This document shows positions 51,064 to 64,000 of a stretch of 64,000 bases of DNA, piece after piece. The translations under genes and the position numbers were made by a program. Positions within the stretch are counted from its first letter, which is position 1, and each line of letters begins with the position of its first letter. This DNA is from Callorhinchus milii. Its lineage: Eukaryota. The notes below the pieces were generated by a model. It saw nothing but the letters and a program-made list of their open reading frames with translations, ran no database searches and was not told where the DNA came from. Where the stretch lies: contig NW_024704743.1 of assembly GCF_018977255.1 (NCBI RefSeq), positions 24,864,001 to 24,928,000 on the forward strand, read 5' to 3'.

Positions 51064-52359
51064 TATGTGGGTCTTTTTGTTGCAGGATATATTTGTGTAA
51101 CAGTGGATCATAAATTCAAGCGAAATGCTATATATATATATATATATTTTAGTATTTTAAAAATTGTTTTAACTTAATGAACTGTTTAAAATTTATAAAT
51201 TTGCACAAGTCATATTCCTCAAGTTACAAAAAGTCTGTTGGAAAGCTTGAACGCATCGTTTGAAATTGTGATAGTATGGTGTAGAGTAGTTGTGAAAATG
51301 CTGGCAGCCCAGAATGCACTGTCCTATTTGCTTTTACAGTAAAGCTCCATTATAACTTGCTTCATTATCGTGCAGGTTGTTTGGTAACGTGTTTGGAATG
51401 TGGTCCTCAACATTTACTTACCAGAATACATTTTTGAAAAAAACAGCTACAGGCTCCATTGGGACTTCAACACGCTGTTGGGTTCACAGGAAGCACTGGG
51501 GTCACAGCCAATGTCACTTGGACAGCAAATATAGAAGTGATAAGTAGTAATGACGACCCATTACAATTACAGCACTGATTGGGACTTTATTGACTCCAAT
51601 TAGTGTGTTATACCTGCACTCCACAGTGTATGTACTGTAGTTGCTGATCCTCCTCGCCACACAACTTTCTTCAGCCTGGGAAATGGAGACTAAGTGGCAC
51701 ACTAAGACTTAACTGTATATTGGAGGAGTTGAGTGGCAGGATTGGAATTTTTATCTATATGGTGCCATAATTTCATATTTCCGATACCTGTTAGATCCAA
51801 ATTAAAACGTTCTTCAATAATACAGATCTATTTGGACACAGGTTCATCTCCTTACTTCGCATACAAAAGCTCCCTAGATTTCCTCCTAATTTTGACCCAA
51901 TCGCTCCTACATGGATTCTTATCCAACCTCAGTTTAAACTCTTAACTAGAAATGGTCATTCAGGTGTTTCATCCATTACTACACCCATCTGGGGTTAAAT
52001 GAAGGTTCACCATGATGGGTCCACTTAGATCTTCAGTTATTTTTTGTGTGCAGTCTTAAGTAAAAGTCTTGTTTGCAATTTATGGGCTTCATGCCAGGGA
52101 AAAAAAGCTGTCCAACCATAAACTAGCATAATGGATGCTGAAATATATTCATGACTGTTATAATATTGAACTTCTGTGTAGTTGAGCATAAATTGAGATT
52201 ACCCTCCTGAACTAAGGCAGCACAGCCAAATTTAGTAATCACTGAATAAATCACCTGTGCCTAATTTTGCAGGCTAGTTCAGACAATTGCTGGTCCAAAA
52301 TGGTTTTATTGACATCTGAAATTAATTTGATTTTTTTTTCCTGATCTCCTTTGGAACAG

Positions 52360-52506
52360 GTGATAATTGATGACTATTTGCCTGTGGATTACAATGGAGA
52401 GTTGTTATGTTCCTATTCCAATAACAAAAACGAGCTTTGGGTGTCTTTGATTGAAAAGGCATACATGAAGGTTATGGGAGGATATGACTTTCCAGGCTCC
52501 AACTCT
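52360..52506 (+). CDS. CAPN7: CAPN7 exon 10
   Basis: [10 protein letters not shown]...[24 protein letters not shown]. Confidence 0.96.
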
Positions 52507-52703
52507 GTAAGTCTTTAATGATACAGGCCATTATTGTATGGTTTTCAGAAACTACAAAGTTAAAATTTAACCACTATATTTGCATTTTTATTGATGATAA
52601 TCCTTGCATTTGATACAACATCTATACCGTCAAAACATCTCAAAGTACTTACTTCATAGGTAATAGCTACTGTGGAAATGGTGGATTGACTACTGAATTT
52701 ATA

Positions 52704-54060
52704 AGCAGGCTGATCGAAAGCACAGTCGAAGAGGAAGGTCTTGAGATGGGTCTTGAAGGAAGCAAGGGAGGGGGCGAGGCAGAGGAACTGTGGGATGGAG
52801 TTCCAGAACGTGGAGGCAGGGTGGCAGAAGGCCCTCCCGCCAATGGTGGGGCGGGCAAAGCTGGGGATGTGAAGCAGGCCAGAGCCCGCTGAGGGGAGGG
52901 AGCGGGCAGGTTAGTAGGGGGTTAGGAGGTCACAGAGGTAGGGGGACCAAGACCATGGAAAGCTTTGAAGGTGAGGACCAGAATCTTGAACTGTGTCCTC
53001 TGTGTGATGGGAAGCCAGTGGAGTCAGGCGAGGACGGGGCGGTAGGTCACGGAGACTGGTGCAGGAGAGGGCACGGGCTGCAGAGTTCTGGATGATCTGC
53101 AGCCAATGGAGGGATGAATTGGGGAAGCAAACAAGCAAGGAGCTTGCATAGTCAAGCCTCGATGTAATGAATGCGTGTATGAGAATTTTGGCGTCTTGCG
53201 TTGTGGGACAGTGGCAGAGTTGGGGAAGGCAGAAAGGGTCATGGGATACAAAGAATAGTTGAGAGTTAAACAAGACGCCAAGGTTTCGGACTGGCTTAGC
53301 AAGGTGGAGTGTGCAACCATGGATGATGATGCTGTCAGCACATGAGGTAAGGAGGCGCTGACGGGAGCCAATCCGGAGAGCCTCGGTCTTGTTGATGTTC
53401 AACTGAAGAAAGTTAGCTCTCATCCAGGACTTGATGGCTGACAGACATTCTGTCAGGACAGCAGTGGTCCTGGAATCAAGGGTGGAGGCAGAGAGGTACA
53501 GTTGGGTGTTATCCGTATACATGTGGAAGTTGATCCCATGTCTGCAGATAATGTCACTAAGAGGGAACATAAAGATATTGAAGAGGAGGGGACCAAGGGC
53601 AGAGCCCCACGAACACCGCACAAGACGGTGCGGGGGCTAGAGGAGAAACCGTTTGTGGAGTGAAGTGGAGGTGGTGTGAGAGGTACGATCTGAACCAGTC
53701 AAGTACAGAGCCGTGAAGGTTGAGGTGAGAGGAGAGGCGGTGGATGAGAATAGAGTGGTCAACGGTGTCAAAGGCAGCAGAGAGGTCAAGGAGGACGAGG
53801 AGGCAGAGGGAGCCCCGGTCACAGATGGACAGAATGTCATTTGTCACTTTGACCAGGGCTGTTTCTGTGCTATGGGCGGCACGGAAACTCAATTGGAGGG
53901 GTCCGTGAAGGGAGTGGTGGGAGAGGAAGGAGCGAAGCTGGGAACCGACAACTCGTTCTCGGACCTTGGAGAGGAAAGGGAGGTTGGACATGGGGCGGTA
54001 GTTTGAGAGCAGGAATGAGCCCAGAGAGGGTTTTTTTAAGGATAGGAGTGATGACAGCAT
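52704..54060 (-). mobile_element. L2 LINE RT fragment, frameshifted
   Basis: NYRPMSNLPFLSKV, HSTETAL, LLDLSAAFDTVDH, LGPLLF, MYTDNTQLY. Confidence 0.92.
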
Positions 54061-56477
54061 TAAATCAGCTTGTACGCAGTGTCTCCTTGGAGCTGAACTG
54101 GCTCTTTGGTGACCTGCTTGACAATGGAATGTCAGAATATAGCCCTCTGTGGCGGTCTCAATAGTCCGGATACTGAGCCAGGTTGGTCTGCAGTATTGCA
54201 GGGCACTGCTGATGAGCCACCCTGACCAGTCACTGGGGACAGAGTGTCATCCCACTCAGCTCCTGTTAACCCCGCAAGCCCAAGCCCTAATGGTAGGGGT
54301 AGGGTGATCATAGCTGGACAAGTAGTGGGAGGAGTATCCCAATGCACACGCACACATGTTTAATAATATCTTCACCACCAAACCACAACTACTTAGTTCC
54401 AGTGTTCATTCAAATGATAGACAAATGTCACAAGGAAAATAAAATTAAAGTAGATGCATAAATATGTAAACTATCTGAAAATTGTTCAAAAAACAATATT
54501 CAAAATTAGACTATTAATAATGGAGGATTTGTGTTCATTTGTGACCCTTGATTCGTGATGATAGATGCAGCTAAAATGTAATAAATCACAATAAATTGGA
54601 GTTGAGAACAAAGAGTGATATTACCAGATTAAAATCATTTGTAACCCTATTGGAAAAACTTGAATTGAGTCCCAATTAATGAACAAAGTGATGACAATCT
54701 GTGGTACTTTAAAACGAATTAAGTTATGTTGAATTTGGTGTCATAAATTGTTAACAGATATGAACAAATTATTTGTGAGAGCAAAGAGTTTCTAGAGTAA
54801 TCTCATTCACAAAAATTTGGCGCATTCTGCATTGAGATTCGGATGCACAGATTATTTTTAACAAAACTAGAAGGGCCATGACCTGACAAATAGAAAAATA
54901 GAAGCTCCCAAATTCTCTTAATGTCCATTGGTGGTGTTTGCGTACCACAGTCTCTGCACTTCATAGTAAATCGTACAAAGCACTTTGAGACATCCTCCAG
55001 ATATGAAGAGCGCTGTATCAAAACACAAGTAATATTTATTTTAAAATAGATTTTCTCCTGTATATTCTCATTTATCCAAAATTACTTTTGAGTATTTGGT
55101 GTATTTAAGGATGTATCCTGATTGTATTTTTACACTAAAATGTTGCTGAAGCAGAACAGATTTGGCACAGAAATTGTAATACAGAAGCATGTAACTTCAC
55201 TCCAATTTGATTGTACTATTTTCTCTGAGCTTGGCTTATTTGTTTTAGTACATGTTGAATTGTGCTGATTTATGGTCTGATTTATGGTCTATCAGCAGTA
55301 GAATTTATGAAAATGTGGGCTAGGAATTAAAAACACTTGCAAGTCACTGCGCCGTCTGTTATTTTATGTAATCTTTAATATTTTATTTATAGTTTGTGCA
55401 TTTTAAAGCAGTTTTGTATTGGGCCAGCCTTACTCGGTTGATAGCACTCGTTTCTAGATCAGAAGGTTGCGGATTCATGCCCTGTGTCAGGACTTGAGAT
55501 CATAGTCTGTAGCTGACACACATTGTACAGTACTGGGGAAGCACATATTTGTGGATTAGATTTGAAACTTGGGTCCCATCACGTATCATCAGGTGAATAT
55601 TAAAATGTTGTTGTGTTCAAGAAGAGACGGGAGCTTTTCTCAGGTGTTCAGGAAAACAATCCAAATTAATTAGCCATTCATCTCACAGTTGTTTGTGGGA
55701 CCTTGTTTTGTTATAAGCAAAATAGTGGCCATATCTGCCTATGACAAATGATCAATACAGCTTTTTTAATTAAAAAAAGCACTTTCAGATGTTTTGACAT
55801 GAAAGTCACTCTAATTTCTTTCTTTCTATATGGAGACATCTAAGTGGTGCCTCATTTAAAGGCTTTGACTATGAAGGTTTCAAGTCTTATAATCTGGGCC
55901 AATAGAAAGCTGCAGAAATATTTGCCCCAAATTGCAGGACATTTGACAAATTTTGCAAAAAATTGCAGTGAAATTTGGTTGGTTTTGCGAAGGGTTTATT
56001 GGTGCTATTGAGTGAAGCATTTTATGAAACAACCCAGCTTATAACTATAGGCATATTTCCTGAAAATGTAGTTATGTTTAAAATACTAAAAATGTTAATT
56101 TGAATAGTACAATACAGGTATTTACCAAGCTTCCGTTGCAGGAGCTCAGTTTAGGCCAGACGTCAAGCAAATAGACAGCAATAGGACACAGCTGGTATTT
56201 GTAATGTGGCTCACTCACTGTAGGCGAAGCTGATTTCCTGCTCGTGCTGCTTCTGTGATCCCAACACTCTCCACGCTGCGCACGTGCGACCAGAGCCCAC
56301 AGTAGCTGCGTTGAGCAAACAGCGCTCAAAGGCTCGGGCCTAGCACACTGTGTGTGCCGGTTTGTAGCGGAGGGGTGGGCGTTTGTATCGGTTTCCGCGG
56401 AAAAAGTGCACTTTTCTATTAGCCCAGCTTATAATTAACCAATGCTTGAAAGTCATTTTGTGTGTATAATATTTCAG

Positions 56478-56584
56478 AATATTGATCTCCATGCACTGAC
56501 TGGCTGGATACCAGAACGAATTGCAATGCATTCAGATAATCAAACGTTTGATCATGAGGGCACTTTCAGGATGCTTTACCAAAG
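56478..56584 (+). CDS. CAPN7: CAPN7 exon 11
   Basis: NIDLHALTGWIPERIAMHSD...FRMLYQR. Confidence 0.96.
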
Positions 56585-56670
56585 GTATACTTCTTTTACA
56601 ATTATTTTTGATGGTGATATTTGGGGTATACATTACACTTACAGCATTTGATCATTCCTAAATCCAACAG

Positions 56671-56791
56671 GTTCCATAAGGGAGATGTTCTGATTACAAC
56701 AGCAACGGGGATTATGAGTGAAGAAGAAGGCGAGAAATGGGGCCTGGTGCCTACACATGCATATGCTGTCCTAGACATTCGTGAATACAAG
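56671..56791 (+). CDS. CAPN7: CAPN7 exon 12 (catalytic His 56756-56758)
   Basis: FHKGDVLIT...WGLVPTHAYAVLDIREYK. Confidence 0.96.
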
Positions 56792-57439
56792 GTAACCCAA
56801 TGGTTCTTTTCATAGCACAGAAACACCTAACAAAATTACAATGACAGTCTTAATAGAGGAAGATTATTTGGGTCACTGGTGAGACCGATGGTAAACTTGG
56901 ACCTCTGTCAATTCTATGGCTCAGCACAGCTGAACTTGACAAGAAGGACTAGTGCATGTAGAAGACACTAGCACCACTTCCATAGCCCTAAAATCCTCTT
57001 GTTTTAACTACTGGGGTGACGACTTGTCTAATCTTAAAAACTCTACAAATTAACGTAAGACTAGAAACTAATCAAATACTCAACTGAGACTGAATTTATT
57101 GTAAACCATATTCAGGATTACAATTTGTTTAATTGTTAATCATTTGGAGGATACTTTGCATGTCCATTCAGAACGGAAGTGAAGTTTTCAAACTTACAAT
57201 TTAACTTTATGATTCACTGGCTCCCCATCCCCCAGTGATATGAATTGAACATTCTCGTGTTCAAATCCCTCCAAGGCCTCATCCAACCTCTCTTTGTGAT
57301 CCTTGTATCCCTCTGCTCCATCTGCTCAGTTTCCCGTTTTATCTCTGAATTGCTTTGAGAGGTCATCCTAATTTGAAAGGCAATATCTATATGTAAATTG
57401 CTGTTGTTGGTGCAATATAAAATTTGTTGTGGTCTACAG

Positions 57440-57584
57440 CGGCTCAAATTTCTTCAACTTAAAAATCCCTGGAGCCATTTGCGATGGAAAGGACGGTACA
57501 GTGATCGAGACGAAAAGAGCTGGATTCCAGCACTACAAAAATATTTGAACTTTGATCCCAAAACAGCACAGAAAATCGACAATG
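57440..57584 (+). CDS. CAPN7: CAPN7 exon 13 (catalytic Asn)
   Basis: RLKFLQLKNPWSHLRWKGRYS...AQKIDN. Confidence 0.95.
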
Positions 57585-57956
57585 GTAAGTTGCTCTTTCT
57601 TCTGTTTTGCAGGGCTGGGTTGTATTTTGTATAAAATTAAGCTTCTTGATTATCATGTCTTCAACATAATAATTCTTGCATTTTTAAAAATAGTAATATT
57701 AAGCCTTTAAGACCAATTATATTTCAAACCTCAGCTTTATTAAGCCTCAGTTTTTGTTTCTTCAGTTCTAATTTTTTCTTTTGAAATCCTATAATCAAGT
57801 CTAAAATGAAAGTCAACACAACTCAGTACAGTAAAAGAGACCTCCGTATTTGACTTAAAATTGTTTGATTATTGCTAAAACGCAAGCACTGGGGTTAAAA
57901 ATTCTGATCATTGTTATGTGCATTGCTGTGTGGTAATATTGACCCGAGAATACATT

Positions 57957-58455
57957 AGAATATACAGCACAGAAACAGGCCATTCGGCCCGACTGGTCTA
58001 TGCCGGTGTTTAGGCTCCACATGAGCCTCCTCTTGCCCTTTCTCAGTTAAGCCTTCAAGCATAATCTTCTATTCCTTTCTTCTTCATGTACCTATTTAGC
58101 TTCCCCGTAAATACAACTGTGCTATTTGCCTCGAACAACTCCTTGTGGCAGCATGTTCCACATTCCCACTACTCTCTGTGTAAAGAAATTTCTTCTAACT
58201 TCCCTATTTGATCTACTTGTGACTATTTTATATGGATGGCCCTGGCTTTGGTCTCCCCCATAAGTGGAAACATCTTCCCTATGTCTACCCTATCAAAACC
58301 TTTCATCATTTTAAAGACCTCTATCAGGTCATCCCTTACACTCCTCTTTTCAAGAGAAGAGTCCAAGCATGTTCAGCCTTTCCTGATAGATATAAGCTCT
58401 CAGTTCTGGGATCATCTTGTGAATCTCCTTTGCACCCTCTCCAGTGCCTCTACAT
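57957..58455 (-). mobile_element. CR1 LINE 3' end, interrupted by a SINE
   Basis: KMIPELR..YQERLNMLGLFS on the minus strand; 3' end GGGCCGAATGGCCTGTTTCTGTGCTGTA. Confidence 0.82.
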
Positions 58456-58783
58456 CCCTGTAGCTCAGTGGTTAGAGCACTCGCTTTGCAAGTGAGAGAC
58501 CTGAGTTCAATTCCAGGCAGGTCAAGGCGAAACCTTGGGCAAGTTTCCTTACTCCACACAGAGCCTAATAATAATCCCTCCAAAAAACAAAAAAAAACAA
58601 TAATAAATTGGGCATTTTCAATCTATGACTGTTTGTGGGACATTGCTGTGCGCAATTGGCTGCCGCGTTCGCCCACAAATATACAGTCAATTCACTTTAC
58701 AGTATATTCTGTGAAGCGCTTTGGGACGTCCTCCCGACGTGAAAAGCGCTATATCAAATGCAAGGATTATTATTATTATTATT
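58456..58783 (+). mobile_element. Full-length young tRNA(Ala)-derived Deu-core SINE
   Basis: A box TAGCTCAGTGG, TGC anticodon arm, B box, near-identical to 38450-38776, (TAT)n tail. Confidence 0.88.
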
Positions 58784-59002
58784 ATCCCTCCTGTAATGTG
58801 GGGACCTTGAATGGGATTTCCCGGCTTTTGTGCTGCACCATGTAATTTGCCCAACAAAGCATGGCACCAGGCTGTTTATATCAATGCAGCAAAAGCTTTT
58901 GCTAATGTGTCACTTAAAAATTGTTTTTCTTAGAAACTTGGCCTCTTGTTACTATTTGTAATCTTTGTAACGCTTGATTCCTTGATTTCTTTCTTGTGAC
59001 AG

Positions 59003-59102
59003 GAGTTTTCTGGATTAGTTGGGAGGACCTTTGCACATACTATGATGTGATTTATTTGAGCTGGAACCCTGCTTTGTTCAAAGAATCAACATGTATTCAC
59101 AG
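59003..59102 (+). CDS. CAPN7: CAPN7 exon 14
   Basis: GVFWISWEDLCTYYDVIYLSWNPALFKESTCIH. Confidence 0.95.
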
Positions 59103-59857
59103 GTTAGTTAACTACTTTTGCAACCAAAATTTCTTATTCTTATAAACATTGTCTTAAAAATTTAAGAATGTCAGAATTTTGAAACATTCTTCAATTCAAT
59201 CTTAATTTGGGAGCTATTTTTGACTTTTTTTTAAAAAAGTACCTTTAAAGACTTGATTTGTTTGCTTCTTGTTGTTTCCACATTCCACGTGCTTTCAACT
59301 AGGATCAACCTACTTAATCTCCCGAGGGAAATTTCCTTAACTTAGGGATCTGCAGTAATGCCGCAGCTGAGATCAGCTAACTCCACAACAAACCTACAGC
59401 CTTCTAGGCGTATTTGGGTGGGGGGAAACCAAAACGTTAAGCAAGGAACATTTTTTAAATTCAATTTAGAATGCAGTATTGCTGGCATAGCATATTGCTG
59501 GACTAACTCACTGTTTATGATATCAATTCATATCATTGCTTTCCTCCACATGGTAAATTCCTTATTGCACGATATTGTTGGGAGGCACTGATCAGGCCTT
59601 AAATTTCACATTAAACCAAGAGTTAACATAATAAAACATAAATCAGCCCAACCCTCTCTTTTACATGCTGGGTTTCTGATTGCCTCAAGAAGAGGAAGAG
59701 GTCCAGAATTTATCATCTCAATGCATAATTATGAACAATTAAAGGGATCTAACAAGTACAACTTACATTTATATAGCGCCCTTCACACTGGTCAGCGAAT
59801 CAGAACACTTTACAATATATTCTGTGAAGCGTTTTGAGACGTCGCAAGACGTGATAG

Positions 59858-60210
59858 CAACAACAAATTACACTTGTATAGGGCCCTTCACGTCGGAAAG
59901 ACGTCCCAGGACACTGAGTGTGGCGGAGCCTGACACCGAGCCGGGGTGAGGGAGGAGGTAACCCTTAGCACGGTTGAAGAGGAAGATCTTCAGTTGTGAT
60001 CGAAAAGAGGGGAAAGAGGGGGGCAAGACGGGAGTGATTGAGGGAGAGGCTTCCAAAGCTTCGGGGCGTATTGGTTGAAAACACAGTCGCCGATGATGAA
60101 GGGGTTGAGGGAAGAGCAGGGGGCCAGAGCCAGCCGAGCGAAGGTAGTGGAGTGCGTAGAAAGTCAGCTCGGAGAGGTAGAGAGGTGCCAGGGCGTGAAG
60201 GGATTTGTCG
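59858..60210 (-). mobile_element. L2 LINE 3' fragment
   Basis: Reverse complement of L2 tail and LKIFLF motif. Confidence 0.7.
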
Positions 60211-60346
60211 ACCTAAGGAAACACAAAGGAAGTTGACTTGTTTTCCGATGCAGTTTTATCATGTGATGAATATTTTTTGAATCGGAGTTTATGTACATTG
60301 CTAGTAAGATTTAGCAAGGATAAGCTTATATTTTTTTCTTCTTTAG

Positions 60347-60482
60347 TACTTGGGATGCAAAGCAAGGTCCTGTGAAAGATGCGTACAGCCTAGCTAACAA
60401 CCCGCAATACAAGCTGGAGGTTCAGTGCCCACAAGGTGGTGCTGTAGTTTGGGTTTTATTAACCAGACACATCACTGACAAG
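60347..60482 (+). CDS. CAPN7: CAPN7 exon 15
   Basis: TWDAKQGPVKDAYSLANNPQYKLEVQCPQGG...RHITDK. Confidence 0.95.
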
Positions 60483-62763
60483 GTAAGAAATCTGTGGAAA
60501 GCATCAGTCAAGTTTCCCCATCGTATTGTGTTGATCGGTGGTGAGGTAAAATTGTAATGTTGCATTTGGGAATTTCTCACATCACATAATATTTTAAACA
60601 CAAGACTTTATTGATTGTTGAACTGTTCATCCACAACAATAAAAGAGCAAATGGAAAATGGCATAAGTTATATTAAATGTATGGTCCCAACTGATGTGAC
60701 TTATGTGAGGTTTACTATATTCCCTATTTATTCTACAGAATGGAAGCTTTCTCAAGAAGATGAATAAGATTCTCTGTGTTATTATAAGCACCTATAATGT
60801 CAAAACATAGATAATTGCTGTCAAGGATAATGATGGTGTATTTGTTAAAACAATGACCCTGAAATTCCACCCAAGTCTGTTCCCATGAAACGATTTTCTC
60901 TCCTAAAATTTGAGATTGTGAAATATTCTTAAATGCGGTCATTGTTTGGAGGCTCGTTTTAAGCACTGTGGAACACTGGCTTTTGAATTCATACAAGAAT
61001 GTTCCACAGTCCTGTGCAAATTTACAGTGTCAAATTACAGGCTAAGACAGGGGGCCAAATGTTTCTTCTTCATTCTAAATATCCTCTACAAATCAGAATT
61101 AAATTTCCTTCTCCCTACCTTAGTTCCTGAATTCAATAATAATCCTTGCATTTGATACAGCGCCCTGGGACATTTTTCTGATGTGAAGGGCACTATACAA
61201 GTGTAATTTGTTGTTGTTATCACATCTTGCGATGTCTCAAAACGCTTCACAGAATATATTGTGAAGTGTATTTTGCAGACAAAACTTTAGTCTTTTAAGA
61301 GATTTCAAAAGGGCACTTCCCCTTAAAGAAATTCCTGTCACTGTGTCATGGTAACATCAGTGTTAGAGATCCCCTGGCACTAACTCAAAGAAGAGAGTTC
61401 CTTCCTGTATTATGGCCAAGAATCCCCTAAATTCATTGCTGATATTAGTCATCTCTGTATGAAAATTAGTTGCAAAATACACAGATGCTACACTTCACAG
61501 TAATCCTATAAAGCTCTTTGTGTTGTCCTCCTGTCATGAAAGATGCCATGTCAAATGTAAATATTATTTTTATTATGCCCATTCTTATTCTGGGTGTATA
61601 ATGTACATATTCTCTGCTCCTCAGTTCTCATGACTTTGTGCCTTTATTTCAAAATATTCTAATTCCTATGAAAATGTGCCACAAGAAGGCAAGTACGTAC
61701 TCTTTAAATACTGTCTTGTGCAACCATTTACAAATCTTGGGTATCTTAAGTACAAGGGGACCTGCCTAGGTGGGAATTCCTCAGACAGGCATTTTAATCG
61801 TCAATGATTTGCGCACCTCTGTCCTTCATTAAAGCGCAATCGAATTAAATTCAAAGGTGATAAAGAGAAGAAAATCAGGTACACTGTGTGAAAATTCATA
61901 TCAGCATTAACAACAACAAAATTACATTTATAGAGCGCCTTTCATGTCGGGAGGACATCCCAAAGCGCTGGACAGTCAGGGGTCAGGACCCGAGCATGGG
62001 GGAGGGGTGGGGTTTTGAGCATGCTATTAAAGCATGTCACTGTGTTCTCTTCAAAGAAATTGTAATATGCAGGTTTAACCCATATAAAAAAAATCTACCC
62101 AACTGCCTTTGGTCAGTGTTGATGGTTCACAAAAAGAGGCTTCTTTCAAATGGGCACTGTCATTCCAGTAATAATCCTACATTTGATAGAGCGCCTCATC
62201 ACGTCATTGAGATGTTTCAAAGGGCTTCACACTGCTACCCACATGAAAAATGCTATATAAATTCAAGTTGCTATTGGTGCTTTTTGTTTCAGCCCCCAAT
62301 ATTGTAGGCATTAAGATGAATAAGATGACAAAAATAGCTGAGTGCAGAGTCCAGCACTTAAAATACGCAGCCTGATGGGGGCCTCACGTAGGTATGACAA
62401 ATATGGTATGACAGGGAGAGAAAGTTTATAAAGAAGTCTTTCTTTGAATGCCCCAAATTCTGGATCTAGATGGCCTTCACCCAATGGTAGGTGGAGGATC
62501 TTATTCATATTGGAGGATTGAAGAAGATGCTGTGAGTTGGTAATCTTTTTATTGATAGAGTACACAGATGCTCACATTCTTGGCTTTCAATTTTACTGAT
62601 TCTCAAGACTTGAACGAGGATGTAATCTATGAAACTCAAAGTCACTAATCTACAGGGTGAAAAAGCAAATGCAATGGTTGCCTTTTGTTCTTGTACAGTA
62701 TTAGTGAAGCATGATAACTGTAGGAACTCTCATCAAAACCCCAAATTCATATTTTAATTACAG

Positions 62764-62839
62764 GATGACTTTGCTCGCAATCGAGAATTTATAACCTTGG
62801 TCGTTTATCAGACTGGAGGAAAGAAAGTTTATTACCCAA
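62764..62839 (+). CDS. CAPN7: CAPN7 exon 16
   Basis: DDFARNREFITLVVYQTGGKKVYYP. Confidence 0.95.
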
Positions 62840-64000
62840 GTAAGTACGTGTCGTTTACAAAAAGGACTACAGAGTTACATAGTGCTACTGCATGGAAACA
62901 GGCCATTCGGCCCAACTAAATTGTACCAATGCTTATAGTCCTGCATTGTCCAGGGAGGGGTAGAGGGAAGAATTCAAAAGGTTAGAAACACAGTAACTGA
63001 AGGCTCTGCAACTGATGGTAGCACAGAGGGGTGTGAACACGCCTTGATCTAACCGAGCAGCGGAGTGGGCTAGGAGATCAGGTATGTTGAAGCAAAATTA
63101 GAGTCGGACAGAATGAACTGGGGAGAATGGCAGAGAGTAAGAAAGACTTGCAGTGTAGTGCTATGTGACAGTACAATTCCCGATGAAGAAACATTTTGGT
63201 TCGTACTGTAGCCAATTTGTATTTTACATGCTAACTAATTGAACACAATGGTGCCAGTCCCAAATAGTGCCAAGAATGAGCCCTCTCCTGTACAGATACC
63301 AGGAATCTAATATTATTAATGTTCTTAGACTTAAGATCAGTTGCTTTAAATTTGGAATCATGCAGAATTTTAGAAAACGACTTTAATTTGAAAGCCAAAT
63401 TGTCTGCACTGGAGGATTGTTATGATAACCTAGTGTTTTATATAAAAATGGGGGTATTATGGTCCCGGATATTAAAGATCAGTTAGCCTGCAGAACTGCA
63501 AAAAGGCCATGTTACCACTTCATTTTTATCCTAATAATACATCACTTCCTCTTTAACTAGTATGACAGCATTATGCTGTAAATATGTTTGCACATATTAT
63601 TAATTTAACAGGCATTGCCATTTCAATAATAATAATCCTTAAAGACATGAGATCTTGGTTTCATAAAATAATTCATTCTGAATTTGTAATTTTTCTTTGT
63701 CCATCAAATTATGATGCCATTATGTTACCATTTTAGTTTTCCTTATTTTCCCTCCTCCCCCCCCCACCCCCTTAGCATACAAAACAAAGCATTAGACTCT
63801 GTGTAGACTCATTACCCATTAAATGATTTTGTTGGATCCAAGAACATATTGGTATACCATTCCCGTCTGTTTAACCACATCATGCTGAAACAAATCCACA
63901 GCAGGAAAGCCTCAAGAGATTGTGAAACTAACTGATGTTCAATGTTGATTTTCGAATGCTGGAGAGACCTTTTATCATTGCTACTAGTCAGCTCACTATT

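Larger units (their letters stand above)
35157..64000 (+). other. CAPN7: Calpain-7 gene span (exons 1-16; 3' end outside window)
   Basis: Spliced product closely matches vertebrate CAPN7: two MIT domains, SDCSFVASL (Cys), PTHAY (His), KNPW (Asn), start of domain III. Confidence 0.97.

Noticed and set aside
52704..54060. Functional reverse transcriptase gene
   Set aside because: Truncated and frameshifted; catalytic YADD has decayed to YTDN.

Overview
Eukaryotic (vertebrate) genomic DNA. The repeat content (Deu-core tRNA-SINEs, L2 and CR1 LINEs) suggests a cartilaginous fish; this is inference. Two multi-exon genes lie on the + strand. (1) 1-26648: the 3' 33 exons of an intact but strongly diverged collagen VI alpha-1-like gene (VWA N1, 336-residue triple helix, VWA C1, VWA C2), whose exon sizes match human COL6A1 exons 3-35. 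(2) 35157 to beyond the window end: calpain-7 (CAPN7) exons 1-16, with MIT domains and an intact Cys/His/Asn triad. CAPN7 exon 1 sits within ~7 kb of simple repeats (G-rich 15/20-mer minisatellite, GA, GC and CA tracts). Most notable: the alpha1(VI)-type gene is followed by CAPN7, not COL6A2. Human CAPN7 neighbours COL6A4P1, so this looks like a second alpha1 paralogue at the alpha4/5/6-linked locus. It has a helix Gly->Ser, a broken C1 MIDAS, remodelled cysteines and relocated RGD sites. Nearly all ORF-track entries are repeat or intron artefacts. Exons were read by hand, and human comparisons are from memory and need alignment.
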